From: a virus
Direction: 5' to 3' (one strand)
DNA length: 64,000 nucleotides
Virus record (IMG/VR): IMGVR_UViG_3300027969_000050
Coordinates: 76,267-140,266 of that record
Shown: in pieces, positions 26,003 to 35,897 of the stretch
How the letters are laid out: every line of letters begins with the position of its first letter
Numbering within the stretch: position 1 is the first letter of the stretch
Program-made: the position numbers and the translations under genes
Notes under the pieces: generated by a model
The model's input: only the letters and a program-made list of their open reading frames with translations
Databases searched by the model: none
Told to the model about the DNA's origin: nothing

Positions 26003-28024
26003 TTACAGCTCATTTAGCCACGAGCGAGAGTCTTCTTCCGAAGCCTTCTTGCTGTTAGGAAGCTTTCCTAGAACCTCGTCGTCAATCTGATCACTTGCCT
26101 CAGCAAGCTCCTTATTGACTTTTTCGCTGTCGGTAAGCTCTTCTTTTTTCTTGCTGTCCTTCTCGAGGTTTTCCATGGCGTTCAGCTCAGTGGCGCGCTC
26201 TTTGGCCGCCTCTTCAGTGGCAAAGGGACCGGCTGCCTTCTCGTCGCCATCTTCAATGACGAAGAACTTGCCGTCTTCTTCCTTTACTGAGTGAGCGGCG
26301 GCAGTAACGCTTCCGCCCTTGTTAAGCATTCTCGGGTCGCCTATCGAGTTCTGAATTTCTTCCGGGGTCATCTTGTTACCGTCGGGTCCGGTTGGCCTTG
26401 CTCCGCCGAACGGATCTCCCTGCATAACAGCGTCAGATGGCTGCTCGCCAAGAGGCTGAAGGACATGCTCGTTAAAAGCCGCCCCTGCGCCTTCGGCTGC
26501 ATTTGCAACGCCTTTGGCGACACCCATAGCGGCGTCTACAGGGGTAGGAGGGGCCGGAAGCCCTGCGGCTTCAAGTCCCTTGTTTAGCATCGCGCCTGCG
26601 GGATTAGTAACCATATTGGTTGCGTCCTTAGCAGCGTCACCAATATCTCCAAGGAGATCGGCGGTATGCATGTTCAGCGCGTCCGTTGAGGACATGGTAT
26701 GCGGAGTTACAGGATCGGCCTGACCCTTGTCAGGAAAAGTCTTAGTGTTCTCGGTCCCATCAACATTTTTATCAGTGTTGAAACCAGCGTTGTCGTCAGC
26801 GGTAGGAAGCTTCTCCTCCGTAGTAACAGCCTTAGTCTGCTCAAGAACAGCGTCCTTAGTTGCCTGACCAAGCGAATCAGTCTTCGAGTAGTCTGGGCGT
26901 TCAGGCGCGTCCTGATGAACAGTCTTGTAAGGACCAGCGTCAGTGTCAATTGGCTCAAGGCCATTCCACTGCTTCTTGTCAATCTTAGGGGAAGGACCTT
27001 CTGGCTGCTCAACGTTCTCATTCTTTACCCAAGAGTCGCCGTCAGTTACTGCCGTGATCTCCCAAGATGCGTTGTGCGATGCAAGAACAGGTTCAGGAGA
27101 CTCTGCCTCAACTGAATCCATGTCTACTTCCCAGTCGCCAACAGCGCTAGGGGCATTGTCAAGCTCAGCAAGAGTGGCCTGATCATTTGCTGGTTCATCA
27201 AAAGTTTCTTCTGCCTGAGGGGCATCAAGCTCATGCGACTGCTCGCCCTGCTCGGCAAGTTCGCGCTGCTCTTTACGCTCAAGGCGGTCGGTTTCCTTCT
27301 GATCCCAATAAGACTGAGCAACCATTGGCGGCTTAAAGTTACATTTATCTTCATAGCCACCGCCGCAATGCGAGTCGCCGCCTACGAGAGGGGCGAAAGC
27401 TGCGTACTGAGGCTCACCAACCTGAAGCGAAGCGTTTACAAGTTCCTTGTGATAAGGACACATTTTTGGGCGACGGGCCTCTTTGACAGAACCTTCTTGC
27501 TTGCGCTTATGTCGCTTCTCAATGGCGTCGTAATACTCATCGGGAATTTCATCCATGCCACGATCAAGTTCGTTCTCAGTAAATGGTTCCTTGCGCTTAT
27601 GAGGCCCTAAAGCTGGTTCCATACCGGGAGGTCCCATTCCAAGCGCGTGAGCGTCCTGTGCGCCTCGGCAACGAGGACACTCGTCAACGTCGTCCTCCTG
27701 AATCATATTACAGTTACTGCATTCCTCTCCTTCAGAGAGGTTCCTGCCGCCGTTAGCTAATTTTTTTTTAAGGAAAGATTCGCGAATGCTGGCGATGATT
27801 GGCTCGTGATCCTCAACGCCCTGCTCATCACAGGCATCGCGGATAGCATTGTCGAACTCTTCGCCAACAAGGTCAAGGCGCTCAGTAACAGTCTCAGCGT
27901 CAGTATCAGTAAGGAACTCACCAAAGCGATCAGCAACGCGCTTATTAGCAACTGCAATAGCCTTACGACGGGCAATACGGCCCATTTCGTCGTCTGCTGC
28001 TAGATGTTCAAAAAGTCCGCTCAT
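26003..28024 (-). CDS. Acidic head-associated (internal/scaffold-like) protein
   Basis: Between terminase and portal; acidic and low-complexity; many K/R/H-x-A sites; start moved to MSGLF. Confidence 0.55.
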   Translation of the reverse strand: MSGLFEHLAADDEMGRIARRKAIAVANKRVADRFGEFLTDTDAETVTERLDLVGEEFDNAIRDACDEQGVEDHEPIIASIRESFLKKKLANGGRNLSEGEECSNCNMIQEDDVDECPRCRGAQDAHALGMGPPGMEPALGPHKRKEPFTENELDRGMDEIPDEYYDAIEKRHKRKQEGSVKEARRPKMCPYHKELVNASLQVGEPQYAAFAPLVGGDSHCGGGYEDKCNFKPPMVAQSYWDQKETDRLERKEQRELAEQGEQSHELDAPQAEETFDEPANDQATLAELDNAPSAVGDWEVDMDSVEAESPEPVLASHNASWEITAVTDGDSWVKNENVEQPEGPSPKIDKKQWNGLEPIDTDAGPYKTVHQDAPERPDYSKTDSLGQATKDAVLEQTKAVTTEEKLPTADDNAGFNTDKNVDGTENTKTFPDKGQADPVTPHTMSSTDALNMHTADLLGDIGDAAKDATNMVTNPAGAMLNKGLEAAGLPAPPTPVDAAMGVAKGVANAAEGAGAAFNEHVLQPLGEQPSDAVMQGDPFGGARPTGPDGNKMTPEEIQNSIGDPRMLNKGGSVTAAAHSVKEEDGKFFVIEDGDEKAAGPFATEEAAKERATELNAMENLEKDSKKKEELTDSEKVNKELAEASDQIDDEVLGKLPNSKKASEEDSRSWLNEL

Positions 28025-28214
28025 AGTGATTATGCCTAAAGAGATCCGATTCGAATAAACTTCGCTTCCGACTCGCCCTTCATCTTGGAAAGCCCCATAA
28101 CTTCTTTGCAATTTGTGCAAATAACTACTTTGGGGGGCCATTCCCAGCCCTGCATCATAAGTTCGCTCCCGCACTCATGCTTAATCTGCATGGTGAAGGT
28201 GAACTCTGGCTGCA

Positions 28215-29540
28215 TTAGCCGAAAAGAATGTCGTCTGGAAGATTCGAATGATCTGTTTCTGCGGCAGCCTCCTTCTTGGCTTTGGTCTTGCGATTCAAAA
28301 TTTCTTTACGACGCAGGGTCTCAACTCGGTCAATCCAAGCAGTCTCAAAAGAGTCGCGGGCGTCGGGGTTAGCGCCAGCGGTCTTTGAACGAATGTGGCT
28401 AGAAGCCATTTCACGAGTTACGCCCGAGTCGGCTAGAGCCGGGGTCTCAAGCTCAGCTACAAAAGCCTCTGGGCCTTCGCTCATCAACTTGTCGTAGTCA
28501 GTGTGGTTAGCTTCGCTGACCATGTTTGAGAACGTGTCGTCAAGCCAAGTACCGTCGTTTCCGCCCAGCGAAGCCTGCTCGGCAACGTGCATGGTCGGTG
28601 GGCGGTAAGCCTCAGTGGTTTCATCGTTAATGTGATCAAGAGCGGCAACGACCTCGTTAAGCTCAGTGCCAGCCTCAACAGAAATGTTGTCAAGCTCGGC
28701 CTCGTCAGCAAACGAGGCGCCGTCATTAGCAATTTTGACCTGAGCTTCGCGACGAATGCTCTTAAGCTCACCAACACGAGCGATAAGCGAGTCACGATCA
28801 CCATCAGTAGAAGCATTTAGACGCTCACGAAGCGAAGCAGTAACAGAAAGAGCCTCTTCCTTCTCGCTCGCGTAGCGCATTTCGTCAGATACGGGGAACT
28901 GGACGATGCGCCCGTTCTCAAAACGTACCGTTACGGTGTCGCCCCAAATGTCCTTGGTCTTACCAAGAATGCGACCCTTTAGGCCGTTAGGGGTAATGAC
29001 GTGAGTTGCGTTTTTGCTCTGCGAGTCTTTGCATTCTGAACAAACGCCATCTCCCTTAGCAACGTCTTTACCACAGTCATCGCAACAATCTAATTTCATT
29101 GCGCTTTTCTTGCTTCGATGATCATCGCATTTTTTGCAGGAACCCTTAGAGCATGGCTTGGTTCCGGGAACGCGGTCGTAACCGTCCCAGCAATCGCAAT
29201 CTTTAGCGGACATGAGCTGCTGGGGAACTTGACCCTGAGCAATCGGGGTGTTGGGAGCCATTACGGTTCCGGGAGGGGCGACCTGATTAGGAATGCCACC
29301 GGGGGTTCCGGGAGGATTCACAATCGGGGTGGCCGGTGGGGTAGCTGGGGCCTGCTGCTGCTGCTGATCAACAGGCATTGGCGGTTGAGGTGCAGGCGCC
29401 TGAGGGGCGGGTGCCGCCTCGCGGACGAGAGTCTCTAGTTCTTCTACTGAATCAGCAGAAGCAACTACTTTGCCCTCCTTCATGGCGTGGGCCTTACCAT
29501 CATTATCAAACACAAAGGTTAAATCAGAATTCATGGTCAA
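28215..29540 (-). CDS. Head-associated protein with Cys-rich CWDGY module
   Basis: Pro/Gln linker; DCWDGYDRVPG; CDDC/CSEC; directly after terminase. Confidence 0.55.
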   Translation of the reverse strand: MTMNSDLTFVFDNDGKAHAMKEGKVVASADSVEELETLVREAAPAPQAPAPQPPMPVDQQQQQAPATPPATPIVNPPGTPGGIPNQVAPPGTVMAPNTPIAQGQVPQQLMSAKDCDCWDGYDRVPGTKPCSKGSCKKCDDHRSKKSAMKLDCCDDCGKDVAKGDGVCSECKDSQSKNATHVITPNGLKGRILGKTKDIWGDTVTVRFENGRIVQFPVSDEMRYASEKEEALSVTASLRERLNASTDGDRDSLIARVGELKSIRREAQVKIANDGASFADEAELDNISVEAGTELNEVVAALDHINDETTEAYRPPTMHVAEQASLGGNDGTWLDDTFSNMVSEANHTDYDKLMSEGPEAFVAELETPALADSGVTREMASSHIRSKTAGANPDARDSFETAWIDRVETLRRKEILNRKTKAKKEAAAETDHSNLPDDILFG

Positions 29541-29578
29541 CCATTACTATCTTGGTAGCGGATTATATGTAGCAATCT

Positions 29579-31627
29579 TTATCGACTGAAACGTCTGTAC
29601 TTAGCAGGAGCGCCACGAGAGCGATTCGTATTTTTCTGTCTGTTGTAGCGAGAACCGGACCCAGCAGACCTTTGTTCGCCCATTCTTGCTGAATAAACTG
29701 AGTTGCCATCGTTGTCTCGAAGATCTGCATGCTGCCCGCCACCGATTTGATATCCACCTTCGGAACCCATACGAATTCCTTCGCCACCGAGGTCCGAACG
29801 AATGTCCCTAGCGATAGTGTTGCCAATTAAAGCTTCAGTGACTTCCATAACACAATCGGCCATATCCTTAGTTTGGACTGGTCCAACATCCTGCTTGGCA
29901 ACCCTTGGAGTTCTAATCGATTTAAGTTCCTGAAGGAACTTAAGCTCTTCAGCACAGTACTGGGCGTTCTCAGTGTCATAAGGAGCGTGAACCAGCCCCT
30001 GATAAAGAGCCGTCCTGAAAACCTCTGCTCGATCCCAGTTGGCCTGTGCCGTAGCTGTCTTTTGATAAACGCGGGTGTCTCCGCCCCAACGCACTTGTCT
30101 TAGCTCCCTTCGCAACCAAGCGATAGGAAAGTCAGAGTTGAATTGGTCCATAGTCAGTTCATACGGCTGGAAGAATTGAATGAACTCCATGATCTCAGCA
30201 AGAATTGGCTCCCAGTCAATGACCTGACCCGGGAAGTCCTTGGGGTTCCAGCGCTTAATTACGTCGAACACCACATGCTCGCGTATTCTTCCGTCCTGCT
30301 CAATTTTTTCTGTGTGCGCCAAAGCGAAGCCGAATCCAGCAGTTGTAGACGAAGGGTCCAGATGGGCTTTGTAACGATACTCGTAATAACCGGTGTTTAG
30401 GTTTGTTTTTAGCGGCTCGTGTCCAGTTCCATCCGGAAGAGGGCGACCCAAGAACATTTCTTCAACCTTTTCAGGCCGAAGATACGAGTCGATAACTTCG
30501 GAGAACTTGCCCCTGCGCTCCACTTTATATTTTTCTGGCTCCTGACGCTCCTCTTCTCGGGCAATCAAGATTCCCTGACGATCCTCCTCGACGAAGAAGG
30601 GCTTCTCCTCGTCAACTATTTTCATGTCCGGGTCCCAGTCAGGACTGACGGTAATACATTTCTTTGGACCCTTGTACTCGGGAGCGTCCCACCAGCCTTC
30701 AAACAAGGCCCAAGACGGGAACTGGATCCCCATCATGAAAGGTGCGGATGGCTTATCGTTATCTACGGCCTGTGACTCCTCCCAGCGCTCATAAAACTTT
30801 CCAACCTTCGAATAAGGAGAGGAGTTGCAGAAAATCATTGCGTCCTTGCCAAACTGGGCAAGCGACGGAATGGCGGCCTCGTAAACCTCGCTGGCTGACT
30901 GATAAGAGCCGCCCTCCTGAAGGTGGGCCATCTCGTCAAAACAAATTGCCATCGTGGCAGAACCACGAATAGTTGATGCGTTAGCCGGAAGGGCTGCGCC
31001 ACGAAGTTTAGAAATGTCCCTCTGGACACGCCTTCCTTGCCGCTTGAAAGACTCGAGCTTCCTCAAGTCGGACTCCGTGGCGACAGAAAACTCAAGCTCT
31101 TGCAGCTTGCTGATGTACGGCTGCATGGCGATACACGAGTTAACCGTTGATGAAAAATCGGCGTACTGGTACTTCTTGGCTTGATCCTGAGATGAGGCGA
31201 CGCAGGAGAAATAAATTTCTTTTTCTTTATCGATTCCGTAATGGGCGCCCGGATCCTGAAGCGCCATAACGTCGAACATGCTCTTAGCAAGGGCGACGCC
31301 TGTAACGAAGCCCTTAGACGAACGGCGTCCTCCTACCAGCACAACCTCGCGGAAATGGGAGTATTCTTCTGCCCTTAGGTATTCAATTCGCTCCCTGATC
31401 AAAGGCGAAATCTTAATCTCGCTTTGATTCCTTCCGCCATCAATCCAGCTATCGAGGATTGCCTCCTCGGCATCAGTTCGATCCTCTAAAAAAATTAATT
31501 TAAGAAGAAGCTTCTGCCTTGGGTAAAGCCGCTTTCCACAATACTTAGCCGATTCAGCGAACTCCTCAATCGTTACCTTCTTTTGGTTGAGGTTTGCGTC
31601 AAGCTGGTCAAGGATGTTGAAAGCCAT
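29579..31627 (-). CDS. terL: Terminase large subunit
   Basis: LYPRQ adenine motif, Walker A GGRRSSKG, Walker B ICFDE, coupling motif NSSP, nuclease HLDPS...KDMAD. Confidence 0.9.
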   Translation of the reverse strand: MAFNILDQLDANLNQKKVTIEEFAESAKYCGKRLYPRQKLLLKLIFLEDRTDAEEAILDSWIDGGRNQSEIKISPLIRERIEYLRAEEYSHFREVVLVGGRRSSKGFVTGVALAKSMFDVMALQDPGAHYGIDKEKEIYFSCVASSQDQAKKYQYADFSSTVNSCIAMQPYISKLQELEFSVATESDLRKLESFKRQGRRVQRDISKLRGAALPANASTIRGSATMAICFDEMAHLQEGGSYQSASEVYEAAIPSLAQFGKDAMIFCNSSPYSKVGKFYERWEESQAVDNDKPSAPFMMGIQFPSWALFEGWWDAPEYKGPKKCITVSPDWDPDMKIVDEEKPFFVEEDRQGILIAREEERQEPEKYKVERRGKFSEVIDSYLRPEKVEEMFLGRPLPDGTGHEPLKTNLNTGYYEYRYKAHLDPSSTTAGFGFALAHTEKIEQDGRIREHVVFDVIKRWNPKDFPGQVIDWEPILAEIMEFIQFFQPYELTMDQFNSDFPIAWLRRELRQVRWGGDTRVYQKTATAQANWDRAEVFRTALYQGLVHAPYDTENAQYCAEELKFLQELKSIRTPRVAKQDVGPVQTKDMADCVMEVTEALIGNTIARDIRSDLGGEGIRMGSEGGYQIGGGQHADLRDNDGNSVYSARMGEQRSAGSGSRYNRQKNTNRSRGAPAKYRRFSR

Positions 31628-32049
31628 TACTTCTTTTTCTTAGAAGCTGTGACCTTACGAGTATTTACCTTTTCCTTCTCACCAAGATAGTCTTCGCCGC
31701 GAGCGGTTGCCTTGCGTACCTCATACTGCTTCTGCTCATGGTCGAACCCGTACTTGTGGATGCTGTCCGTTTTGACCTTGCCAATGATCTCAACCGTTGG
31801 AGGGTCGCCATCGTAGAAGGGAGCGATATCCACCTCTGCAACAATGTTGATGCCCATAAGCTTGGTTAGGATCTCGTCACGCATTTCACTGAGGTTGTCA
31901 GCGGTAGCCGGTCGGGCGGCGTAACGATTCTGTATGGACTGGACAATTGAGAAGACTTCTTTGACCTCTGAGTCGAGCAGGTCGGCGGCCCAATAGGCCA
32001 TCTGCTTCTCGGACTTAATTCGGTCGTCTGCTTGAGGATTAACTGACAT
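31627..32049 (-). CDS. Hypothetical protein
   Basis: AAAGGAA RBS; TAATG-coupled to terL. Confidence 0.7.
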   Translation of the reverse strand: MSVNPQADDRIKSEKQMAYWAADLLDSEVKEVFSIVQSIQNRYAARPATADNLSEMRDEILTKLMGINIVAEVDIAPFYDGDPPTVEIIGKVKTDSIHKYGFDHEQKQYEVRKATARGEDYLGEKEKVNTRKVTASKKKK

Positions 32050-32100
32050 TACGTTCCTTTCTTGAAACTTGACTGGTAAGGATTAATGGTCGGAGAACGA

Positions 32101-32122
32101 CGAAAGCCCGCTTTCGCGGGCC
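32101..32122 (-). terminator. Intrinsic terminator
   Basis: GCCCGC-GAAA-GCGGGC-TTTCG on the minus strand after 32146..32796. Confidence 0.7.
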
Positions 32123-32145
32123 TCCGAAGATTCTATACTTTACTA

Positions 32146-32796
32146 TTAGTTATGGAACTCGTTAGCGATCCATTGACCGATTGACGAGTGGCGGTTTAAC
32201 AGTCGAAGCGTTTGGCGATCAGATAGATCAATCCAACTGTAGCTCGCGGTGTCAAGCTCAACGATTGCGTTGGCCGAGTTCTTAACACGAACACCGGCAG
32301 AGCGATTCAACGCCCTGATGCCGACCGTTGTGGCGTTAACCGACTGGACGTACTGTCCAATTGAGCGGTGGTCGCCTAGCCTAGTACGATTATAAAGACC
32401 GTCATTCGGATCGTCGTTTCCGCTAACTGTTGCTCCGAGGTTGATATTTACGCAGTCGCTCGGATCGGTCCTGAGAAGAAGACCGAGATCATAGAGGCCA
32501 TACACACTATTGCTATTACGAAAACCCTTGACGCGAACACGAGCGCTAATGCTCAAGGCGCGAACGGAAATGGTTGGCGAAACCGCCGTAAGATCGCGCT
32601 CGGCGGGCGTTCCGTTATCGCTTTCAATAGTGAGGTGCTGGCCAATTGAAGAGTGACTGTTGAGCTGCTTACGGTTATAAGCGTCATCAAGGTCAATCCA
32701 ACGGCTCGTGGTTGTCGAAAGATTCTTGTATGTACCGTCGTAGGTCTTTACGCGAATCTTAGCGGAGCGGTTTAGTGCGATAATTTCTGTTTTCAT
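32146..32796 (-). CDS. Three-repeat protein (possible capsid decoration)
   Basis: Three copies of (I/V).AL..SA.(I/V)RVK...H.SIGQ; own RBS and terminator. Confidence 0.65.
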   Translation of the reverse strand: MKTEIIALNRSAKIRVKTYDGTYKNLSTTTSRWIDLDDAYNRKQLNSHSSIGQHLTIESDNGTPAERDLTAVSPTISVRALSISARVRVKGFRNSNSVYGLYDLGLLLRTDPSDCVNINLGATVSGNDDPNDGLYNRTRLGDHRSIGQYVQSVNATTVGIRALNRSAGVRVKNSANAIVELDTASYSWIDLSDRQTLRLLNRHSSIGQWIANEFHN

Positions 32797-32894
32797 TCGT
32801 TTCCTTTCAAGAGGTTTTAGCTAACCTATGCCCGCCGCAGGGTAACATAGGTATGAATGTATAAGTTAAACGATGGCTTTTGTCAAAAAGATAG

Positions 32895-33272
32895 CTAGTT
32901 GTCTAGCGCGTTGTCTCGTATCTCAATGTGCTGATCCGGATTGGGAGCAAGCTCAACTATAAGACTCTCGGGTATCTTAGTGAGAAAGCGCTCCCTATTA
33001 GCTGGGGTCATGTTTGCGTCAATGGTCGTAATCTCATGCTCTCTGCACCAATCTGGAACAATTGCTAATAGGCGCTGAAAAAGCCCCGAGCCATTCGAAA
33101 ATAAGCTCATGGCCATGAACAGTCCCTCTGAGACTCGAAACTGATAAAAAGAACCATCTTTTAGCGTTCCCTTGGCATCAAAGCACCATGCCCCCTCCAC
33201 GCCTAAGTCCTCAACTTCAAATATGCCTTCGCCAAACAACCTGCAAAGTTCATTTACATCTTCAATTAACAT
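32895..33272 (-). CDS. Hypothetical protein, possible GNAT-like fold
   Basis: NGSGLFQRLL...WCREHEITTI resembles an acetyl-CoA-binding motif. Confidence 0.4.
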   Translation of the reverse strand: MLIEDVNELCRLFGEGIFEVEDLGVEGAWCFDAKGTLKDGSFYQFRVSEGLFMAMSLFSNGSGLFQRLLAIVPDWCREHEITTIDANMTPANRERFLTKIPESLIVELAPNPDQHIEIRDNALDN

Positions 33273-33282
33273 GCCTGCCCCC

Positions 33283-34374
33283 TTAAAGTTTGATCATGGA
33301 CTGCGCCGGAAGTCTGTAATAGGTCTCATAGGCCGCATTGTTAGCGCCAAACGCTGTGGCATTTGGAGCGTAAGATAGCTTAGCAGTCGCCCACGGGAAT
33401 CCGGATCCGTACTGCACAATAGTTGAGCCAGCCGGGGCGGAAGGAACCTTAAAGGTATCCGTGTTATTGCCGCCAAACGAATATCCAATGATTGAAAACA
33501 GGGCGGTGTATTGACTGGCGTAAGCATTATAAGATGCTCCGTTGCAAAGCACCCAGCCATTTGGTTGGGTGGTCCTACCAAAAGAGCTTATTGTTCCAGT
33601 AGGTACAGTAATTGCATGCCAGTTGCTGCCATCGGAATAATAAAGAGAAAATGTGTCATAAGCCCAAAACTGTTTTCCCGCTCCTGCACTGGAAGCGGAT
33701 GGTCGGTTTACATATGTATCACGAGTCGTTACAATTTGGCTTGGAATTGCGCCCGCCGCAAGCTTGGCGGCGGTTACAGCACCGTCTTTAATCTTAGACT
33801 CTATTACTGCGTTGGTGGCAAGTTCAGTCTCGCCAACTTTTCCGGCCCCAATTGCAAGGCTGGAGAAGGTGCCTGTGATTGCTCCTGCCGCAGATGAGGT
33901 GGAGTCCAACAGCCTAGTTGTAGTATTAAGCGACTCACCAGCAATGTTCTTAATTGAAATCTTGCTTGGGTTGATCGCGGCACTAACGGATATGTTGTCA
34001 TCGCCAATGACATTCGAATTAATTGAAAGGAGGTCGTATGTGCCAGATACCTGTGAGCCAACACCCGCTCCAAAGTTAGTAGTAGACGCAAGGGCATTTC
34101 CCGCATTTGTCAATGCGCTTCGAAGCTCGCTGGTAAGCTTAGCTTGATTAACCGAGGCGTCCTTGAGCTTTGCCCCAGTTACCTGATCGTCAGCGATCTT
34201 AGCTGTCGTGATCGCGTTGTTCTGAATTCCATTCGTAGGAATCTGTGTTCCTCCGGTACCCCCGCCCGTATGGTTGTGGGCATCAACCTTTTCCCAGTTT
34301 GCCTTCAGTACTGCGTCGTTAAAGTAATCATTAGGACCCCAAGTAACAAGCCCCATGTTTGGAGTCTCAGCCAT
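33283..34374 (-). CDS. Tail fibre protein with tail-collar domain
   Basis: AVT.AKI repeats; PTGTISSFG...PNGWVLCNG...LFSIIGY.FGG. Confidence 0.8.
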   Translation of the reverse strand: MAETPNMGLVTWGPNDYFNDAVLKANWEKVDAHNHTGGGTGGTQIPTNGIQNNAITTAKIADDQVTGAKLKDASVNQAKLTSELRSALTNAGNALASTTNFGAGVGSQVSGTYDLLSINSNVIGDDNISVSAAINPSKISIKNIAGESLNTTTRLLDSTSSAAGAITGTFSSLAIGAGKVGETELATNAVIESKIKDGAVTAAKLAAGAIPSQIVTTRDTYVNRPSASSAGAGKQFWAYDTFSLYYSDGSNWHAITVPTGTISSFGRTTQPNGWVLCNGASYNAYASQYTALFSIIGYSFGGNNTDTFKVPSAPAGSTIVQYGSGFPWATAKLSYAPNATAFGANNAAYETYYRLPAQSMIKL

Positions 34375-35597
34375 TAGTTCCTAACCTTCATGATGTGCAT
34401 AATAGAAATATAGCTTGGCCGGTTATCAAAAGTACTAAGGCCAGATCCCGTTAGCCCGGTATTTCCCTCCGTTGCCGCAGGTCCAGTCGAGAAACTAGCG
34501 TCTCCGTCTAGCGTTGCCGCGCCCGCCCTACCAGAAACTGGATACTGTTGACCAGAAGGAATTGAATTATTGTTTATCGGCTCCATTGGTCCGCCCGTAC
34601 TATCTTGCGCGTATCGATGCGCGGTTCCGGCTTTTGTCACAAAGTTACTATTGCTTTTTGGCCCCTTGCCAGCAGCGACAAGGAAAATATTGTCATTTTT
34701 ATGCGTGTGCTGCAAGTCAGCAGTTTTAGCACCTGTTAAAAGGTGGCTGTGAGCGGGAACGCTATGCGTGTGAGCCAACGTATGGCTATGAGCGAGCGAA
34801 AGGGTATTCTCTCCGCCAATGTATCCAACCAAATCAGGGTTGGTTGCAATCGAAGTCGATACTTGAGGGTCCGAAGTCGTCATTGAAATTTTTGCAAAGT
34901 TTGTAGCCGTGTACTCGTGTGGTGCGGCTAATGTACTACCGGTGGTGAACGTAGTGTTGCTCGGAAAGATTGTTGGTGCGACAATGGAGTAGGTCCTATT
35001 AGGCTGGAGACCAGTAGAATTAGCCAACCGGAAAGTCTTGGACCCAACGGTCGAGGTCGTAATTTGGAACACGACCCCAATGCCAACTTGGTCTCCGGAG
35101 TCAGACGCGCACATTATAAACTTACTTTGAAGATTGGGAACGGTAAAATCTTGGGTTCCCAGATCGTGATTACCAGCAGTTAGCGTGCGACCATCGCAAA
35201 TGACCCAGCTAGGAGTCTTTCCAAAAAGATCGACTAGTGTGGCCTCGGTCGGGGTTGGATGCCACCAAGGAACAATTGCGCCAATCGGCATTCTTGCGAA
35301 TGGGTGCATTTTGCTATAAGTAACGGCCTCGTCAGCGATCTTTGCGGTCGTAACGGCCTTGTTTACAAGGGCGTCCGTTCCTACCGACTTTGACTGCGTT
35401 GAGATAACACCCGGAGCAATTTTATCGATGGTAACTGCCCCGGTGGCAATAGAATCGGTCTGAATCAGCTTGCCCTTGCCGGGTGTATGGTCATGGTCCT
35501 CTACTTTAAGCCAGTTATCAGCTAGTTGCTGATAGTTGTACTTATCCGTAGAGGCATTCCAGATTGTAAGGCCCAAGGCCGAAGTAGTAAAAGCCAT
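34374..35597 (-). CDS. Tail fibre protein with tail-collar domain
   Basis: PIGAIVPW...WVICDG...VPNL; H-x-H repeats; DNRPSY.S..HIMK. Confidence 0.8.
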   Translation of the reverse strand: MAFTTSALGLTIWNASTDKYNYQQLADNWLKVEDHDHTPGKGKLIQTDSIATGAVTIDKIAPGVISTQSKSVGTDALVNKAVTTAKIADEAVTYSKMHPFARMPIGAIVPWWHPTPTEATLVDLFGKTPSWVICDGRTLTAGNHDLGTQDFTVPNLQSKFIMCASDSGDQVGIGVVFQITTSTVGSKTFRLANSTGLQPNRTYSIVAPTIFPSNTTFTTGSTLAAPHEYTATNFAKISMTTSDPQVSTSIATNPDLVGYIGGENTLSLAHSHTLAHTHSVPAHSHLLTGAKTADLQHTHKNDNIFLVAAGKGPKSNSNFVTKAGTAHRYAQDSTGGPMEPINNNSIPSGQQYPVSGRAGAATLDGDASFSTGPAATEGNTGLTGSGLSTFDNRPSYISIMHIMKVRN

Positions 35598-35637
35598 CGA
35601 TACTTAACTGCTTGCTAACGGGCAAAACCCTCTATTC

Positions 35638-35871
35638 CTAAAGCAGGATCTTCAGCGCCAAGTCTATTGGACATTCCTTGCTGAGCAAATAACTAGCCTT
35701 CCGCCAAGAAAGAGGCTGCTCGTAAGAGCGAACCCCGTTCTTGGTATTTACTTCTACCGTCATTTTTGCCTCAGATAGCGCTTTTGCATCCTTGGCAGAG
35801 AAACCCAGACGTTCAAATTCTGAGATCCTGTATCGAGCAATTTTGTCCTCGGTTGTTGCAGTTGTAGACAT
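35638..35871 (-). CDS. Hypothetical protein
   Basis: ORF between endolysin and fibre genes. Confidence 0.6.
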   Translation of the reverse strand: MSTTATTEDKIARYRISEFERLGFSAKDAKALSEAKMTVEVNTKNGVRSYEQPLSWRKASYLLSKECPIDLALKILL

Positions 35872-35897
35872 GTAAACCCCACGGGTTGTGATTTACT

